The notes under the pieces were generated by a model. The model was not told the origin of the DNA, did no database searches, and was given only the letters and a program-made list of their open reading frames with translations. 64,000 nt of DNA. Origin: Amoebophrya sp. A120. Taxonomy: Eukaryota > Protista > Dinoflagellata. Shown one piece after another: positions 59,501 through 64,000 of the stretch. The position numbers and the translations under genes were made by a program. The stretch lies in contig CAJINV010000021.1 in assembly GCA_905178155.1 (NCBI GenBank), positions 731,530 to 795,529 on the forward strand, given 5' to 3'. Position 1 is the stretch's first letter. Each line of letters opens with the position of its first letter.

Positions 59501-60715
59501 TTTAGGCGTGTTTTCCCTTGGAAAACGTGCATGACAAATTTTCTGTGTCATGTGTAGCAAACTTGTGATGCAGATCCTGCAAAACCATCACAGTGAAACA
59601 GTTTTTTCGTGGGATATTATTTCTTGCACTAACACTATTTATCGACGAGATCATCTCCATGTAGTTCATGCACGAGCACCAGAAGAGCTGACGTGCTCAC
59701 TGCCATACTGCGAAATAGACCTCGGTCCTCAAGCAGCTAGTAGCTGAATCTGAGCTAGGCTACATGGATCTACTTCTAGTACATCACATGTACTACGAGT
59801 ACGAGTCAGAACATTTGCATATATATTGTACCTGTATTCTGGCCCATTGTCACCCTCTTTGGTTTCGAAAAACACGCTGGTATCGTCCACCTCCACAGCG
59901 GCTTGAAAATTTGCGGGTATGTATCAAATGCAAATATGTCTGGGTCTGGAAATAAAGTGCAAGTTTGTCATGCTGGTCTGGCATGAGTCTGAAATCTGTG
60001 ATGCATGAGCAGGAAAAGCGCCCCTTGCCTGTCATGCAAAAATTTAGTTTGTCATGCGAAAAACGAAACACACAGCAGCGCAAAAACTTGTCATGCTGGG
60101 CTGCATCTTGTTGTGCGCCCACAATTCGTAGATTTGCATCACAAGTTTCCAGACCGAGACCCAGACATATTTGCATTTGATAGTATGACACCGGGCACGA
60201 GATCGTCCGGCACTTCCGGCACGGGCGGGTACTGGAACTTGTAAACATCCGGCACCACCGTTCGCACTTCCCCAGGCACATCGGTTTCCTCGGGGATGGT
60301 GACCATGTACCCGAAGGAAATGATATCATATGTAAGAACATCCCCACCCCATTGTCAAGTTGGAACAACTCAGCAACACAAATCCAGAAGTTTTGGGAGC
60401 CACGCGTGACAAGTTGCAGTCCGTAGCGTAGTGCATCTTAGCAAGGACAACCGCATCACAAATCCGTCTGCGTCTGCTTCTCCTGTTTACAGCATTACAA
60501 ATTCCAAAACCCGATTGGAAATGCCTCTCAACATGGAGACGCGCATTACAAGTCTTCCTGTAATCGCAAATCTGGATGACAACCATCATGGGGTGGGGAC
60601 GTTTTTACTCAGGATAAATGACCTTATGCCTCCTCGGCTGCTCCTTCACCCGCACAATGGGGATCTTCACCTCCGGCTCCGCCACCCGGCGGTGCCCCTC
60701 GTCGCCGCCCGACAT
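56591..60715 (-). CDS. CEP164-like WW + two B-box zinc fingers + WW protein; 7 introners plus GT-AG introns
   Basis: AYLNADPEAD..W....ELPVPW..YLN..QETTWKHP; CIEC..CPDCEDCFCENCFERLH..RHKH; EEWHAFYDLRGVKYYYNFSSGES. The frame is restored at each introner. The junction near 59630-59831 is not fully resolved. Confidence 0.85.
56648..56926. mobile_element. Introner, family D (279 bp), TSD TCCTT
   Basis: Near-perfect TIR tatcctgagtaaaaacgtacccac(g/a)ccagagt. Joins VSK to EGRKL. Confidence 0.95.
57005..57154. mobile_element. Introner, family C (150 bp), TSD CGTCC
   Basis: Right ~58 bp nearly identical to 21342-21491; perfect TSD. Joins IEKD to AEVER. Confidence 0.95.
58102..58310. mobile_element. 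Introner, family B-like (209 bp), TSD TCCAC
   Basis: TIRs tatccaagaaaaaaacgttgttagtgtaa / ttacacctacaatgtttttttcttggata. Joins RMLW to TYEAE. Confidence 0.93.
58965..59312. mobile_element. Introner, family A (348 bp), TSD TCTGC
   Basis: TIRs tatgcatcccaaatatgtccgggtctggaaa / tttccagacccaggagacatatttgcaatgcata. Internal duplicated cgaaaccacttttgtcatg. Confidence 0.92.
59408..59616. mobile_element. Introner, family B (209 bp), TSD TTATT
   Basis: TIRs tatcgcaagaaaaaactgtttcactgtga / tcacagtgaaacagttttttcgtgggata. Perfect TSD. Confidence 0.93.
59922..60182. mobile_element. Introner, family A (261 bp), TSD GTATG
   Basis: Perfect 26-bp TIR tatcaaatgcaaatatgtctgggtct. Joins PGVI to PANFQ. Confidence 0.95.
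60324..60616. mobile_element. Introner, family D (293 bp), TSD AATGA
   Basis: Inverted homologue of 56648-56926; perfect TSD. Joins HKVI to SFGYM. Confidence 0.92.
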
Positions 60716-61788
60716 GGTGGTCGAGGTGGTGTTTTGGGGCTGTACTAAACCACGTACAAGCTGAAGCTTATTTTACAGCTCCTCCGCGAGGATTGGTCGA
60801 TTGGACGAGGTCGTGTACTACACAGGTTGTGCAGAAGATGAACTGTCACACCGCGGCGAGCACACGTCACGATATTACCCCAGCTCCTCGCAGACGTCGC
60901 ATCCTCGTCATTTCATCAAACATACAAATCTTTAGCTCAAAAAACAGTCTGCTAAATCAGAGCCTGGTGGTTTTTTTTCAATTTCAATTTGGTTCGTTGA
61001 ACGACAGAAACAGTTGTTGTGCGTACTTACTGTGAGTGTAATAAATAAGAATGCTTTATTTTCGATGCACGAATTAGAACAAATTGAAATTGGCGGAGGA
61101 TGTTGGCGTGGGGTAAGGGAGGTACTCAATTGTCGCGGAGACGCAAACGCGATTAGAAACGAGATGGCGATGGGAGGGGGCAGGGGACAAATGACGATCT
61201 GGGTAGCGAGACAATCCTGCACTTTCGGTTAGAAACGAAGTGCGTTTAGCCCCATTGGTTCACTTTTTCTTTCGAGCTCTCCCACGGAATCAATGTCGAC
61301 ATCTCTCAACGAGCAATTCGGAATTCGATTCTCTTACTCTTTCTCAGTAGTCGTTGCATATGATGACAAACAATAATTCATGCGATGGTTTATCACTCAA
61401 CGAAATCAGATCCACCCCTACAACATAATACAAAGCACGACCCAACAAGAACTTCTATCTCTCTGCCCCCATATCATGCCCGATTGTTCTTTTGTCAATG
61501 AACACATCCTGACTTTATTTCGACAAAGTAGAACCACTTCCCGAAAACGAATGGTCAGTGAAAATTTAAGGTTGCCAGCTATGAGGTAGAAAGCGTCGCA
61601 TCGGTCCAATTCGTCCAAATAGATTTTTACAGGATCTTCTGGGGGGCGATGAAGACAATGGGTAATCGCTATCGCAATCATACTGTAGGGTTTCATATGC
61701 CGAGTTTCAAACAAGTAGCAAAAAGAGCACACCGGCCTCAACGATGGGAAAAACGATGCTCCTTGTAATTTGTGCATGTGCTCTCGTC

Positions 61789-64000
61789 TCATGTAGGCTC
61801 GAATTTTCGTATCTTCTTGTACCGATCGATATCGGACGGGAACATGGTGGGGGTACCACCAGACGAACTAGTGTAAAATAAAACATTCAGTTGCGATTAC
61901 GAATAAGCAGTCAATGAGCAGGAAGTTCAGAGACCACGATCGTGTAAGACGAAAAAGAAAGTTATCCAGCAGCAGGTTCCCGGCTAGTACTAGTCTAGTA
62001 GTATCTCCACTATCAATTTCTAAATCTGATTATCCTACAAACCTCCCGCCGAAGAACCCCGCTTCTCTCGGCTTGCAAGGGCTTCGTTTTACCAGACACG
62101 GATCGTTCGGCAGCACCACCGTGTGGTTGATCTTGGCCGGCACGCTTTCGTAGTAGCCGTGATTTAAGCTGTATGCATTGCAAATCTGTCTGGGTCTGGA
62201 AGATGTCATGCTGTTTTTGCATGACGCAGAAGGTCTGGCATGGAAGCCCTAGCATCACAGATTTCGACAAGGTTCTGCAATGCCTAATCCGCATGACATA
62301 TCCCCCACTTTGGTGACAAGAAGTGGGCATCTTTTGCTGCCTATGCATGAGAGATTTCTGTGTGTTATGAAATGCGCATCGCAACTTCACATCCTTCCAG
62401 ACCCAGACATTTTTGCAGTTGATAAGCTGCGGCGCTCGACGAAGCTCTTCTTGTCCGCAGCAAACTCCCCCCGGTTGCAGCGTTGCGGGTCGGAGGGGAA
62501 CATGTCGATGCCCGACGGGTCGCTGCCGGTGGGCAGCCGGACCATCCGGGACCGCGCCGGCCCGAAAAACCCGTCGTAGTCTACCGGCTCGGGCTTGCTG
62601 TTCTTCATTGCCCTACCTCTTCTGTCGGTTTCCAAATACGCTCGATACTCGGAATCGCCACCGGCCGCGACGAGCATGTTAGTTACCGAAATGGCATCCT
62701 TCGTCGCTGTCGGACTCCGGTCCACGGCGTGAGGGGAATTTACCCTGCGGCTGGCGTCCTGTCTTTGAAGCTCTTCTGCGAATTGTTGTTGTGCAATCTT
62801 GGCGTTGTGCAGCTGTTTTTGCTTCAATGGGTGGTCGGAGCTCTGTTCTATCAGTTGCTGCAAAGACATATCCCGGTTATCGAGGAAAACGTTTCTGGCG
62901 GTATTTCCGTCTGGTTGTTGACCTCCTGCTTGGTAGTTATTTGCTTGTCCCGCTGCGGCTGCCGCTAATGCTGCTGATTGCTGCACTTCCTGCGCAGTCC
63001 TCGGACTTCGCTGCTCTACCCCGGGGGAGTGACGCACCGCGCTCCTGGGCGATTGAATTCCGTTGTAATGCCTCTTCCTCGCCTCGAATAAGTTTTCCCT
63101 CTGGTCGGCACCGAAATTCGCCTCATCAAAATTTCGTTCTTGTCCGCGCTTTTCTACGTGGTTTTTGTAGTCGCGCAGAACCCCAGAAGGGCTGGTGACT
63201 TCGGCGCTCCGCGTGTACACATCAAACTCCTTTGGCGGCAAAACGTCGACGTCTTTGAGCAGCGTTGGGGCTTGGGGGACTACAGCGCGCCGGCCGTAAG
63301 GAGATGAAGTAGGCGAGATCAAATCCTTCACCAGGTTACTTTCCTTCTCCATCGGATTGATCCCGACCCGTTTCCCCCTACCGAGTGGAAAGTCCCCACC
63401 GGCACTCGGGAGTGCTTTGCTAAACTCCGGATTACCGCTTCCTCCGTAATATCGGCTTTCCTGCTCTTCGTCGTACTTCATGGAATACTGATCGCCGTAC
63501 TTCGCCCGCGGCACTAACGCCCGCGTCGGGTTCCCGGGCATCAGCGCCGGGTGCGCGCGCTTGCGGTCCAGCCGCGCGTGCAAAACCGGACTGTGGGCCG
63601 CGGGGCCGAACCCGGGGAAAACCCCGTTCGCCCGCTGTGGGGAGGAATCGCGGTGCAGCTGCTCCTCCTCGTGCGCCAGTTTCCCCCTGTAATCGAGCAT
63701 CACCCCGGTTCGGTCGGGGGAAAAGCTCTGCTGTGAAGGTCTCTGCTGATGTTGTTCGTTCCCAGTACCTGGCGCACCTCCTAAGATCGTCACCTCCGTC
63801 TCGTTCGGCTTCCCCGCTACCCGCGCGCCGTGGGGAACATACCGTACGAGGAACGGGTCCCCGGAATCGCAGTGATTGTACTTCAACAGACTTCGGTCGG
63901 GGGAAAAGTTGCCGACGATCTCTTTTTCCGGGCTCATCGCGATCTCTTCCTCCACCTTGTAGCAATTTGGCAGGTATTTGTAATTGTTCACGCCCGTCAT
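61789..64000 (-). CDS. Hypothetical low-complexity protein, probably 5'-truncated by the window edge
   Basis: ORF 62387-64000 continues across the introner (VERRS to LNHGYYE...), then via a probable GT-AG intron to SSGGTPTMFPSDIDRYKKIRKFEPT*. Confidence 0.7.
62172..62424. mobile_element. Introner, family A (253 bp), TSD AGCTG
   Basis: TIRs tatgcattgcaaatctgtctgggtctggaag / cttccagacccagacatttttgcagttgata. Perfect TSD. Confidence 0.94.

Noticed and set aside
1-64000. Autonomous transposase, rRNA/tRNA genes or dinoflagellate spliced-leader relics
   Set aside because: None recognised by eye. HMM, tRNAscan and motif searches would be needed to exclude them.

Overview
Eukaryotic, gene-dense genomic DNA. 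About 15 genes can be built, and all of them lie on the minus strand. They include RNA polymerase I/III subunit AC40, a Upf1/senataxin-like SF1 helicase, two tandem MYND+RING-H2 genes, a Kv-like channel with EF-hands but a degenerate pore and S4, a ~12-kb SH3/WW/B-box/IQ/TPR-like gene, a 2422-aa Cys-rich single-pass surface protein and a WW/B-box gene. The dominant signal is a set of 23 short (150-348 bp) elements inserted inside coding exons. They have terminal inverted repeats (consensus TAT-N7-AAA...TTT-N7-ATA) and are flanked by a 5-bp direct repeat, which is perfect in 16 cases. In 22 of 23 cases, removing the element plus one repeat copy restores the reading frame, almost always without GT-AG ends. 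They therefore look like MITE-derived non-canonical introns ('introners'). This matches what I recall being described for the syndinian dinoflagellate Amoebophrya (strain A120 type); that taxon call is inference. Additional observations: near-identical copies sit in opposite orientations in same-strand genes; otherwise unrelated families share a repeated internal YTGT(C/A/G)ATGC motif; paralogous genes provide reciprocal empty sites; and no transposase was found in the window. There is also a 31-bp palindromic-repeat foldback element and two very GC-rich, decayed islands. All reading and counting was done by eye.
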